Assembly: GCF_006345805.1 (NCBI RefSeq)
Contig: NC_043005.1
Span: forward strand, 65,906,001 to 65,970,000
Length of the DNA: 64,000 nucleotides
Source of the DNA: Octopus sinensis
Lineage: Eukaryota
Reading direction: 5' to 3'
Part shown: positions 14,040 to 27,395 of the stretch, piece by piece
Layout of the letters: each line of letters opens with the position of its first letter
How positions within the stretch are numbered: the first letter of the stretch is position 1
Position numbers and translations under genes: made by a program
Notes under the pieces: model-generated
Seen by the model: only the letters and a program-made list of their open reading frames with translations
The model's database searches: none
Told to the model about the DNA's origin: nothing

Positions 14040-16156
14040 GTATATATATATATTATATGTATGTATATATATATATATGTATGTATATATGTATGGGTAT
14101 ATATGTAGGTATATATATATATATATGTATGTATATATGTAGTATATATATATGTATGTATATATGATGTATGTATATATATATATGTATGTCTATATGT
14201 ATGTATGTATATATATATATGTATGATCTATGTATGTATATATATATATGATGTTATATATATATGTATGTATATATGTATGTATGTATATATATATAAG
14301 TATGTATATATGTATGTATATATGTATGTATGTATAATGTATGTATGTATATATGTATGTATATATGATGTATTGATATATACTATATATGTATGAGATA
14401 TATATATATAGTATGTATGTATGTATATATATATATATATATGTATGTATGAATATATATATGCGTATGTATGTATGTATGTATATTATTATGTATGTAT
14501 GTACGTATATAGGAGTATGTACGTATATATATATATATATATGTATGTACGTAATATTTATATATATATGTACGCATTATAATTATATATATATATATGT
14601 ATGTACGTATAATATATATCTATATGTATGTTACGTATATATAATGTATGTACGAATCGTTATATATATATATATATGTATGTACGTATATATATAATGT
14701 ATGTACGTATATATATATATATATATGTATGTATGTAATATATAATATGTAATATATATATATATAGATATGTAGTATGTTATATATATATATATGTATG
14801 TATGTATATATATAATGTATGTATGTATAATATATATATATATATGTAGTATATATATATATATATGTATGTAATATATATATATATGTATGTATATATA
14901 TATATATGTATGTATGTATATATATATGTATGTATGTTATATATATGTATGTATGTATATATATATGTAATGTATGTATATATTATGTATGTATGTATAT
15001 ATATATGTATGTATGTATATATATATGTATATATATATATGTATGTATGTATGTATGTATATATATATGTATGTATATATATATGTATGTATGTATGTAT
15101 GTATATATATATATGTATGTATGTATGTATATATGTATGTATGTATGTATGTATATATGTATGTATGTATATGTATATATGTATGTATGTATATATGTAT
15201 GTATGTATATATGTATGTATGTATATGTATGTATGTTTAGTATGTATATGTATGTTAGGTATATATATGTATGTATATATATATGTATGGTATGTATATA
15301 TATGTATGTATATATGTCTGTATGTATATATATTGTATGTATATATATATGTATGAATATATATTTATATGTATGTATATATATATTTTATGTATGTATT
15401 AATATATATATGTATGTATATATATATATATATGTATGTATACGTATATTCATGCATTTATACATGTATGTGTATGTATATATTATGTATATATCTATAT
15501 ATTTTTATGTTTATATGTATGTATAAATGTGTATATATTGTCTCGAATAATATTTTATATATGTATATATATATATATGTATGTATGTATATATATATAT
15601 GTATGAATATATATATATTATGTATGAATATATATATATATATGTATGTATATATATATGTATATATATATGTATGTATATATATATGTATGTATGTATA
15701 TATATAGGTATGTATATATATATGTATGTATGTATATATATATGTATATATATATATATATGTATGTATACGTATATTTATGTATGTACATATGTGTGTA
15801 TGTATATATATCTATGTATGTATACGTATATTCATGCATTTATACATGTATGTGTATGTATATATATATGTATATATCTATATATATTTTTATGTTTATA
15901 TGTATGTATAAATGTGTATATGCATATATATTTTTATATAACTTATATATATATGTGTGTGTGTATATATATGTGTGTGTTTGTTTACGTATATATATAT
16001 GTGTATATATATTTATGTGTGTGTATATACATATATGTATGTGGATATATGTATATGTATGTATGTGTATATATATGTGTGTGTGTAAAATATAAATAAG
16101 TAACAATTGAAGGACAAGTGTCAATTCATTCTGGCCATTTCTTATGACTCCTTTAA

Positions 16157-16653
16157 CCCTTTAGCATTGGCCAATGCCAGCGCCGCGTTGACTGGTTTCC
16201 GTTCAGGTGGCACGTAAAAAGGACCAATCCGATTGTGGCCGTTGCCAGCCTCGCCTGGCACCTGTGCCGGTGGCACGTAAAAAGCACCCACTACACTCAC
16301 GGAGTGGTTGGCGTTAGGAAGGGCATCCAGCTGTAGAAACACTGCCAGATCAGACTGGAGCCTGGTGTAGCTTTCTGGCTTTCCAGATCCCTGGTCGAAC
16401 CGTCCACCCAATGCTAGCATGGAGAACGGACGTTAAACGATGATGATGATTAATCTAACAAGTATAATGCTTATTGATTTACATTATTTTGAATTCATCA
16501 TGCACTATCATATAGTTTCAAGATTTCGCTGATATGACTGTTTATTTTTAAAATGACATCGTAGGATAGGTGTGTGAGGCCAGATCTGACAGATTTGAAG
16601 ATGAAACAGGTAGACTATTTTGGCCGGATATGGCCGGTTTGAATGCTAAAGGG
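16157..16653. mobile_element. piggyBac-like MITE with TTAA TSD, carrying an RTE-tail insertion
   Basis: TTAA|ccctttagcatt ... aatgctaaaggg|TTAA; the matching empty site is at about 36750. Confidence 0.85.
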
Positions 16654-17194
16654 TTAATTGATTAATGAGTACATTACATCTTTATAAAGAAACCGTTTTC
16701 TTCAGTGAATGCACGTACTTTACAATGATTGAAAAGCATGCCAAATGATTGAACATGTTTTAAAATACATGGAGCGAAACATGTTCACAGATTCTGCTGC
16801 TATTTCATTTGACAGAATGGATTTACCAAAATAATGTACATTTAATCAGATCAGGGAAATCTGAGCTTAGTAGGGTTTTAACTAGAAGGAAGGAATAAGC
16901 GACCTCCAGTGACCCAGTTAGCCCCACTTCTAACAATAGAGAATGCTGTGGTAGCATTTGTCTGGCATATATCTATCAAAGAGATGCTTAATGCCTACTG
17001 GTAAGTGGTTAGAAAATGATTTGTGGTCAGATTAACCTACTAAATTATCAAGGTCATTTGTGATGGAACCCATTCACAAGTCTTATCTCTACTACCAGAC
17101 AAGGCAGATATATGTGTGTGTATGTTTGTATGTGCGCATGTGTGTGTGTGTTTGTTAATATATATATATATATATATATACTCGACAGAGTGTA

Positions 17195-18063
17195 AGTACC
17201 TTGAGAGAAAAGTTGAATCTAAAAACGCATCAGATGTAGTGTGCAAGAGAGACAACTGTGCTGGTATGGTCATGTGGCGAGAATTGATGAGCATAGCTGT
17301 GTGAAAAAGTGCCGCACCCTAGTGGTTGAGGGAACCTGCGAAAGAGGTAGACCCCGGAAAACCTGGGATGAAGTGGTGAAAAACAACTTTTGAACAATAG
17401 GCCTCACTGAGGCAATGACTAGTGACCGAGACCTTTGGAAATATGCTGTGCTTGAGAAGACCCGGCAAGCCCAAATGATACTATAACCTCGTGGTCTATG
17501 CTAGGAGTGTAACCAGCCCACTTATGCCTACCTTTTCTTCATTGGACACTAAACTCTGCTTGCGAAGACCTGTTGAGGCAAGTGAAATCGAAAACAAATT
17601 CGATGACTGGCATCCGTGCTGGTAGAGCGCTAAGAGCACCATCCGAGTGTGATTGTTGCCAGAGCAGCTGACTGGCTTCCGTGCCGGTGGCACATAAAAA
17701 GCACCATTAGAGTGTGATCGTTACCAGCATCGCCTTACTGGCACTTGTGCCTGTGGAACATGAAAAAAAATTAAGCGAGGTCGTTGCCAGTGCCGCTGGA
17801 CAGGCTCCTGTGCAGGTGGCATGTAAAAAGCACCATTTGAGCGTGGCCACTGCCAGTACCACCTGACTGGCGCTTGTGCCAGTGGCACGTAAAAGAACCC
17901 ACCACACTCTCAGAGTGGTTGATGTTAGAAAGGGCATCTAGCTGTAGAAACTCTGCCAGATCAGATTGGAGCCTAGTGCAGCCATCTGGTTCGCCAGTCC
18001 TCAGTCAAATCGTCCAACCAATGCTAGCATGGAAAGCGGACGTTAAACGATGATGATGATGAT
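17195..18063 (+). mobile_element. RTE-type LINE 3' end: ORF C-terminus + long 3' UTR with internal repeats + (GAT)n tail
   Basis: VQERQLCWYGHVARIDE...GRPRKTWDEVV...RDLWKYAVLEK, then repeats of gtggcacgtaaaaagcacc, ending ggacgttaaacgatgatgat. Confidence 0.88.
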
Positions 18064-19417
18064 ATATATTTGTATATATATAATCTTAAGTCCTAGTAGG
18101 GTATAGAGGTAGGGTAATTCCAGTGAAGCCACTAAAACCAAATTCTGAATTATCAACACTGTGGGATTCCAGATTAATACCAAAATTCTCCAAGTGTAGA
18201 AAATCCTGGCTTTATGACAGTAAAACCGTTGTGTGGGTATGGTAATGAGTAAATTATAATCCAAATAATTAGAAGGTCAAAATATTCTTTAACACGTATT
18301 TAATGATTCCTAACAATTGTTTCCGTACCAACTCTACATGCAATGCCAGTTTACGCAAAAATTCAACGTAAGAATTTATGTAATGTTTGCAGCTTTAGAC
18401 ATTAGAGTAGCACTTCATTGGACTTACATTGTGCATCTTCCTGACATTGTTTTCTGGCTTGTATAGGGAGGAAACAAACAGTAAAGAAAATGGTTGTTAG
18501 GGGATGAATAATTAGTATAGAGATCATGTGGAAATGATGAAAAGGAAGAATATGAAGAAGAATTTTTGTGTAGGCTGTTGTTGCAAACAGTGCCTGATTC
18601 TCTTTAGCCAAATCCACCAGCCAACGACTACTAAAATTTTTATTGATTTTTTAGAAATATATTATACTCCGTATTGATTTCAATGGTTAGGTTTAATTTA
18701 CATTTGGTATTGTCTTCCCATTGGACATTTCTCCTACTTACTTGCCCCACACTGCATATATGGAACTATAATTCTAATTTCCATAATTACCTATAGAGGG
18801 AACATCTCCGATACCTCTTTACTTATATCTTCAAATAACCATTGAAGCTGTTATTTATGGTTCAATATCCGATATGACTCCCATCTCTTTCTTACAGGGA
18901 TACCTATATGACTCTCCTAGAACCAATTTTTTTCTACTCTATTCTTTTTTAAGTTCCTTGTATTATGGTTTCTTTCCTTCCTGCACTGAAGGGTACAGTG
19001 ATATTTATTTAATTTAATTCAAACATTGGTGTTAGGAAGGGCATCCAGCTGTAGAAACTCTGCCAGATCAGATTGGTGCAGCCATCTGGTTTGCCAGTCC
19101 TCAGTCAAATTGTCCAACCCATGCTAGCATGGAAAGCAGACATTAAACGATGATGATGATGATATCCTTGTATGAAATGATTATCTGCAAGAATTAAACT
19201 TATAAATTTTAACAACTTGTTTCCTCCATCTTTAACGAATTTGATGGGATTTATGGAACTTCATTCCATAAATTCATCATACATTATATACAAGTACTAC
19301 TTTCATATCTTCATAAATTTACAGCGAAGTATGAAGAATCAACATAAGAAATTATTTCTGGAAACCTCCAATTAAAGGACGAATTCACATTTAGCCTTTA
19401 TACACCTATATTACTAT

Positions 19418-19450
<33 letters not shown>

Positions 19451-19559
19451 ACATACACACACACACACTCTCTCTCTCTCCCCTCTCTCTCTGTTAATCT
19501 GTGCTACTTTCCACTTCAGTACCCAAGAATATTAATACAAACTTTAAATTTTATTACAA

Positions 19560-19960
19560 AAATCGACCTGCATTAAACCAGTAAATTTTTATCTGTTTTT
19601 CAAAAATACTTTCTCATATATTTTTCTATTTTTAAAACAACATTCGATATATTATAAAAGCTTTATCTTCTCCATTTCTGACGAGCGGAAGTATTGTCTA
19701 TCAATGTGTATCAACAATGGACTCTATTATAATGACAATAATTTCACGAAACGATCGTAAGACGCATTAATTAACAAACTTTTAAACTGTCATGTTTCAT
19801 ATATTTACATATATTTTTAATAAAATACTATTTTAGACATATATATCTTCGTGAGGAATTTTTTTGATATTGAATTTCATATTTGATATTATTTCAAATT
19901 AGAGTATATAGAATCGCTTGTATTAATGTCTAAATACTTTATAGTATTATTTTTGACATT
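19560..19960. promoter_or_regulatory. Candidate housekeeping promoter region
   Basis: Non-repetitive AT-rich stretch with retained CpGs, an ETS-type GCGGAAGT motif near 19685 and a + strand donor-like gatc|gtaaga; lies 3.9 kb upstream of the first SYAP1 exon found. Confidence 0.3.
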
Positions 19961-22900
19961 TTATACAAAGAGCACTCAGTATAAATTCAGTGTATAATAT
20001 TCTAACAGAATATATTTAATTAATGATATATATATATACATATATATATACGCACACACATATATATGCGATGGAAGCTGTTTTCTGCACATTTTAAGTG
20101 TTTAATGCTCCTGTGCATTTGCTACACACAAAAACAACGGAAGCGTTAAATGGCATCACTTTACAAGAGTTCCAGCACTGCTTTGAATAGTGGAAAATGT
20201 GCCTGGACCGATGTATTGTTACAAATGGATAATACTTTGAAGGTGGTAAAAGTGTAAACATGTAAAACTAAGTGAATAAAATAATTTTGCAAAATCCTGG
20301 TTTCTTTTGGGTACTCCCTTGTATATACACACACATACCTCCATCCATCCATACATACATACATACACACACGCACACACATGCCTCCATCCATCCATAC
20401 ATACATACATACAAAGAGAGAGAGATGACTGAGAGGGAAGTAGCTTATTGGAAGAATTATTAGAACATGGGATAGGTTTCTTTGCTTGATTCATTCTGAG
20501 TTTTTACACTCTTAGTTCAAATTCTGCTGAGGGCAGCTTTGCTTGTCCTTTCTAAATCACCAAGCCTGTACTGGCATCAGTTCTCCAATTTCTGTGACTT
20601 TTTCTTCCCGATTGACTGTCTCTTCCCTGGAAGAAATTGTATTTGGTCAGACATGTGGATCCAGATCGGTCTAGAAATCTAGAAATGCATGTCATGTCAT
20701 GTAGCATATATTGTATGCCACTCCTGTACAACTTTACAGAGTTGTAGGCCCAACACAAAATGTGTGCATGTGTGTGTGTGTGTAGGTATACACACAGACA
20801 TGCGTGTATGTGTGCACATACTCACACACACACACATTTATTTGTTTATTCTTACTTGCATACCATAGGGCATTATGAAAAGTGTTTACTGAATTAATCT
20901 CTGAATAAAGAAATTGCTTTGCAAAACAATTTTAAAACTTAATCTATATTATAATTTTGCTTGTTTGCTTTAGTTAGTTAGAAAGAGGAGTAGGTGTAAT
21001 GACTGAGAGAGAAGGAGATGGAATGAGAGAGGAAAGGTGGGAGAAGGAGGGGTGAAAGAAAGAAGTAGAAAAGAAGGAAGAGAGAAAGAAGAAAAGTGTC
21101 GCATGGTTAGTTCAAGGGAGAAGCAAAGTGTGAGAAAAAAAAAGTAGGGAGATGTGTTAAAAATGTGAGGTAGGGAGAATGTATTAGTTATTACATGGTT
21201 AAAAAGTTAGTTGAAGGGAGAGATATAGAGAAAAAGAGTTGGAACTACAATGTTTGGTAGAAGGGTGATGTCCTGGGGGTGACAAACACCAATTTCTCTA
21301 TGTGATCAGCTTGAAAAAAATTAAGGTATTTTCATGATATGAAACCAGTGGTAGCCTTAATACGCAAAGTATATATGAGTGGATACCCAGAAGAAATGCA
21401 GATAGAGAGAGAGAGAGAGAGAGGGTAGTGATGTATTATTAGCTGATGCATTATGCTGTCATGTAGTTAGTGGAAGTAAGAGGTGAAGAGAAAGAGAATG
21501 AAAGAAATGATAATGATATGAAAAGGAGAATGATATGGTTAAGAAGTTTGTTGAAATAAGAGTTAGAGAGAAAAAGAGAGAGGGAAAATATAGAGTGTTT
21601 ATCAGGGGGAAATTTTATACATTTCTCAGAGTAAATAGATACATCAGCTGCAAGAAAAGTAAATAGGAAACAAACAACTAAAATGAAATGAAAAATAATT
21701 TTGGCTAGCAAACAACTTGGTCTGAGCTTTGTTACTGAAAACTTTAATGCTGCTGCTGGTTGTTGTTGTTGTTAAGCAACGAGATAGGTAAGGATAATTA
21801 GGTGATGGTCTAGGGTTTAGGGGCAGGAGACCCCAGAGCTTGGGAAAAAAACCCAAAAAACTTTGGTTGTCTTATTGTAGTCGAGGGCTCTTCGTTGATG
21901 CCCGACACCACTGGGAGGTGGCCCTCGAAGTCGCTGGAAATGGAGATCTCCAGGTCCAAACTCTTGGACGGCTGCTGGTGCATATCTTGATACTTTTTCT
22001 GAACAATATTTTTTCTGAACTTATGTTTTCATAACCTAATTTTTAATTTTATTTTATGTTTTAATTCACCATTGATGTAATCAGTTTATTCTTTAAAAAA
22101 AAACACATTTGAAACAGCTGTAGTGATCCTCAACCCATTTGTGTTCTCTCTTTACACACACACACACACACACTCTTTTACTCTTTTACTTGTTTCAGGC
22201 TTTTGACTGTGGCTATGCTGGAACACTACCTTAAAGGGTTTTAACCAAACAAATGAACCCCAGGACTTATATTTTAAAGCCTACCAGTCTCATTTGCTGA
22301 ACTGCTAAGTTAGAGAGATGTAACACGCCAACACCAGTTGTCAAGCGGTGATGGGGGGAACAAACACAGACACAAAGACACACAAACATATACATACATA
22401 TCCAATGGGCTTCTTTCAGTTTCCATCTACAAAATTCACCCACAAGGTTTTGGTTGGCCTGAGGCTATAGTAGAAGCACTTGCCCAAGGTGCCACTCAAT
22501 GGGATTGAACCTGGAACCATGCGGTTGGGAAGCAAGCTTCTTACCACACAGCCATGCCTGCACCTGTGCATACATTTATAAAGTGAAATTCTTTTCTGCC
22601 CTCTCCATATATAAATGAGAATTCAAAAGAGAGTTTGTATTTATGTAGTTCTTTCTTTACCATGGTATCGGGCAAGTTTAAAAGGTAAAAACCATCTTAA
22701 TTTTATTAAAAATGGTAATTTGTTCTCTCTCCCACCCATTATACTTCATTTCTCACAAGCACACTCACCAATAGGAAACGCTCTCTTAAAAGGCTAATTT
22801 AATATAATTTTATTCAAGAAGACGTAGGAGGCTTTATAGGCGTAGGAGTGGCTGTGTGGTAAGTAGCTTGCTTACGAACCACATGGCTCCGGGTTCAGTC

Positions 22901-23604
22901 GCACTGCGTGGCACCTTGGGCAAGTGTCTTCTACTATAGCCTTGGGCTGACCAAAGCCTTGTGAGTGGATTTGGTAGACGGAAACTGAAAGAAGCCCATC
23001 GTATATATGTATATATATATGTATATATATGTATGTGTGTGTATATGTTTGTGTGTCTGTTTTTTTTCCCCCCAACATCGCTTGACACCTGATCCTGGTG
23101 TGTTTATGTCCCCGTAACTTAGTGGTTTGACAAAAGAGACCGATAGAATAAGTACTAGGCTTCCAAAGAATAAGCCCTGGGTTTGATTTGTTCGACTGAA
23201 GGTGGTGCTCCAGCATGGCCACCGTCAAATGGCTGAAACAAGTTAAAGAGTAAAAAGGTAAGACAGCAAGCTGGCAGAACTATTAGCATGCTAGGAAAAA
23301 TGCTTAACAACATTTTGTCCATCACTTCATTCTGAGTTCAAATTCCACTGAGGTCGACTTTGTCTTTCATCCAATTGGGGTTGACAAAGTAATGATTGAG
23401 CACTGGATTCAATGTAATCAACTTATCCCCTCCCACCAAATTGTTGACCTTTTGCCCTAATTTGAAACCAGTGTAATTTCATTCAATGTTTTTTTATTTC
23501 ATATTTTCCTTTAATATATATGTATCTGTTTTTTTTTTGCATCATTGACTAAAACAACCCCACTTGGTATTGGTTTAAGTTGCTACCTTCTATTTTCTTT
23601 ACAG

Positions 23605-23687
23605 GTTATTTATTCAGTGTTGGAAAATTTGCTAGTAAGACAGTTGCTGATACTGCCAAACAGCTTAAGACAACAGTCGAAGAAAAG
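23605..23687 (+). CDS. SYAP1: SYAP1 exon (first recognisable)
   Basis: ttttctttacag acceptor, AAG|gtaagc donor. (G)YLFSVGKFASKTVADTAKQLKTTVEEK resembles SYAP1 [32 protein letters not shown]; ends phase 0. Confidence 0.88.
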
Positions 23688-24329
23688 GTAAGCAGGACTT
23701 TTCAGATAATTGCTAACAAAATTGCTAAATTTAGACAATTGCTAACAAAAACGTCCAGGAATTTAAACTTGTTGAAAGCTATGTGATAAATTCTGATTTT
23801 TTTAGCTTAGCTTGATTTATGCTATCTTCTATTTAAATATACATATCATTTCTCACTTCTCCTTTCTAGCATTCCTCCCTACATTTTATCTCAAATATCA
23901 TATATGTTTAAGATGTCTCAATAAACTTATTGTTTCAGAGCAGCACTAAACATGTTGTTCCCAAGTAATTCAACACATTTCTTCTAAGCTAATGTGTTTG
24001 GGAGCTTTTAATTTAACACTGCAAATGAAGTAAACTGATATCAGATCAGGCACTATGGAGCAGTTTTTGTGTGTGTTGTTGTCATCGTTTTATTTAGGTG
24101 GTGGTGGTGGGATAAGGAGAGGGTGGAGCTAATAAAAATCAATGTTAGTATGCAGTGAAGACATTGTCACCATCATTTGACATCCTCTTTTCCATGATCA
24201 CATGGGGCAGACAATATGTGGGGATGGTTTTTCTACAAACAGATGCCCTTCCTGTCATGGTTTCCAAAATATTATTTCCCCATGACTAGACATGTTCTCA
24301 CATTTGGGCTGATGTCAAGGCAATCCCTA

Positions 24330-26705
24330 AAAGAATTGGGTTTTGGCAACTCCCTACAACTCCATTGTTCCAAGACTGCCTGTCTCAACCACATGATGAG
24401 CCACAGAGGAGGCCTTGGAGCAAAGTGTGTGGGCATTGGTTTTGTGAAACATCATCCACCCTAATAAAAACATGTAAACAGCCCATCTGGACCCTGTATG
24501 ATGCTCTCCACCGCTTCTTCAAGTCCAATGGCAATGTCCCACAGGCAACAGCAGCAGACTTGGTATGCTGGAAGCTTCTAGCTTGTTAACTCACATTGGT
24601 GATGTGCACACAATTGTCATTTTCTCTGTGAAGTAGCAGTAACATAGGATTTTGGCAGCTGTGTACATGTCAAGGCTGGCCTATTTAGGAACACTGCTGC
24701 CCTTTCTGTACAGGGAAGCCACTAAAAAGGGTGGGGTAAATATTGGACACTGCTCTCTGGTTTGCCATGACTAGTGGAATCCTATCCTAGCAGTGGAAAA
24801 ATTTGATTCCATTCTCTGACTTTGGGAGCATGGAACATGAGGACTTTGAAGGACATACAAACTACCTACTAATCTGAAAGGCATACTGTGCTTGTCTCCC
24901 AAAAACTCGCCTTCTTCCACATTAACATAACTGTTCTGAACAAAACTCATTTGTCTGGTGATGGCAGTGTGAAGGCAGTTGGCTACATGTTCTTTTGGAG
25001 AGGAAAGGATGCTAGTGAACCTTGCATCCATGGTGTCTGACTTGCCATGAAAACTCAGTTGGTCAAGAAACACAACCTGACCCTGACATCAACAAGCAAA
25101 CATCTGATGTCCATCCAAATCCCACTACTCAAGAAGACCTTATACTGCTCTCAATCTGTACTCTAACTCTAGACTCAGATGATGAAATTAAAAATGCTTT
25201 CTATGACTCTGTCAATGCTACCATTGAAGCTGTTCTGTGTAATGATAAACTGAACATGTTTGGTAACTTCAACACCCAAGTTGGTCACAATCACAATCTC
25301 TGGTAAGGCATCCTTGGCAAACACAGGATTGAAAACTGCAATACCAATGGATTCTTCTTCCTCAGACTCTGTGTAGAAAAGGACCTGATAGTATGAACCC
25401 CATTTTCCATCTTCCAACCCACCACAAAACAATCTGGCAACATCTGAGGTCAAAACACTGGTATATTCTGGATTATGTATTGACAAGGATCAGAGAAAAG
25501 AGGAACATGAGGATCACTAGATCCTTGCTAGGCACTGATGATAGTTGGACAGACCACCGGCTTGTGATCTTTTGTCTCAACTTTTCCATCCATCCACCCT
25601 CTTGGTATCCCAATACTCAAAAGTGCAAACCGAGGTATGACTGTTGCAAACTGAAGGACTCAATAACATCCCAATCCTTCGAAGAAGCAGTTTGCCAACA
25701 TCTGAGGGAAAGATAGAATGGGAATCCTTTACTAAATGATTGGAACAGTGTGTAATGCTGTAACGCCTTCTGCAGACAAGGTCAACTGCTACTCAAAGCA
25801 CCAGAAGCAAGACTGGTTTGCTGAAAATTGTGAAGAGGTTGAACATCTGATCAAAAGGAAAAGAGTAGCATATATTACTTTTGAAAACCATCTGACAAGA
25901 AGCAACAAGAATCGCAGATGTGTCAAAGATGCTTCAGAGAAATCCAGAACTCCTGGTGGCAAGCGAAGACTGCTGAACTCCAGGGTTACATAGACCAAAG
26001 AGACGTGTTGCTTTTATCTAGAGACCAAGGAGACATTTGGCCCCATCAGGTTGTCTACTGATGCCTTGAAAATTGCTGACAGCCAAACCCTCACCAGAGA
26101 AAAAGAGATCATGCATCATTGCAGAGATCATTTCCATCTTCTCCTGAACATCCATTCTCAAACCCCAAAAGAACTTTTGAGAAACACTCTGCAGTGACCT
26201 GTCAAACTATGGATCACCCTTCATCATTCCAGGAATTCATGAAAGCCAACGAACGAATGAAACTGGGAAAAGCTCCCAGTCCAGACAACTTGCCCTTGGA
26301 GCTTTTCACATGTGATGGGTATGGATTGAAAACCAAACTGTTCCACCTGATATTGTGAATATGGGACACCAAGACCATTCCAGATGACTCTAAAAATGCA
26401 AGCACCATTACCATCTTGAAGAAAGAAGATTGGTCAGTACGCAACAACTACTGTGATATATTTCTGCTCAGTATTGCTGGCAACATTTTTACCAGAATTC
26501 TTCTGGATCATCTGCTGGTTGTTGTGGAAGAAGTACTCACAGAATCTCAATGTGGCTTTCGATGGTCATCAGGAATGGTTGACATGATCTCCTGTGTAAG
26601 GCAACTCCAAGAAAAGGCTTGTGAACTGCAGCAACCATTCTTCTTCATCTTCTGGGACCTTTGCAAAGCCTTCATCAAGGTTCCCCAACCAGAAATGCAG
26701 TCTCT
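24330..26705 (+). mobile_element. Degenerate RTE-clade LINE (AP endonuclease + N-terminal RT)
   Basis: LTLGAWNMRTL, FGNFNTQVG, HLRSKHWYILDYVL, WTDHRLV, GKAPSPDNLP, ESQCGFR..GMVDMI..RQLQEK, F.DL.KAF. Confidence 0.9.
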
Positions 26706-27029
26706 CTACTCTGTTGATTTAGCTGCCCTGATGACTTTGTTTTACTAAAATGGCTTCTCTGGTGGTTTTTAAGTGTGGAATGCAAAAACAATTGGCCAAA
26801 ATTGGCACAGAGGTGGGGGTGGTGAAAAAAATGAGAAATTTTCAGACACTTATTTCATAAAAAGATGCCTCCATCATTTCTAATGCCACGGTGATAAAAA
26901 AAGCTGAGAAGATCCTTGTCAAAATGGAAAAAATCCAACTTATGTGGGCATTCTGATCTGAAACTCAGCCCTATTAAAATAAATTATCTTTTACATACCA
27001 CAGTTCTATATTTAAGAGATGAGGAGTTA

Positions 27030-27173
27030 TGTACATTATTTACATTTGACAGATATTTGTCCTCATCTTGTTTGTTGTTAACACAAGGTTTTAGCTGATA
27101 TAGCCTCCAGCCTTCATCAGGTGTCTTGGAGAAACTTTGAACCTGGGTTCTCATTCCTAAGAGTATTTTTCAA

Positions 27174-27212
<39 letters not shown>

Positions 27213-27280
27213 GGTCACTGCCTGGAATCGAACTTGGAATCTTGGGGTTAGTAGCCCGTGCTCTTAACCACTATGCCATG
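27030..27280 (-). mobile_element. Second copy of the tRNA/(AAT)n/hammerhead element
   Basis: Reverse complement aligns end to end with 27722-27980. Confidence 0.82.
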
Positions 27281-27287
27281 GCAGTGA

Positions 27288-27332
<45 letters not shown>

Positions 27333-27358
27333 TAATAATAATAATGATAATAATGATG

Positions 27359-27395
<37 letters not shown>

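Larger units (their letters stand above)
6845..16090. repeat. Giant (TA)n/(TATG)n microsatellite field, interrupted by three LINE fragments
   Basis: Blocks at about 6845-7580, 9118-9855, 10853-13410 and 13665-16090. Confidence 0.98.

Noticed and set aside
6796-16099. Dozens of long ORFs rich in Y/I/M/C/V or H/T/Y/I
   Set aside because: Translations of TA/TATG microsatellite, which happens to lack stop codons in some frames.
17690-17900. CRISPR-like repeat-spacer array
   Set aside because: The units and their spacers are homologous degenerate tandem repeats in a LINE 3' UTR, in eukaryotic DNA with no cas genes.
18402-18617. 71-aa minus ORF as an MBTPS2 Cys-rich exon
   Set aside because: Wrong strand and only superficial similarity.
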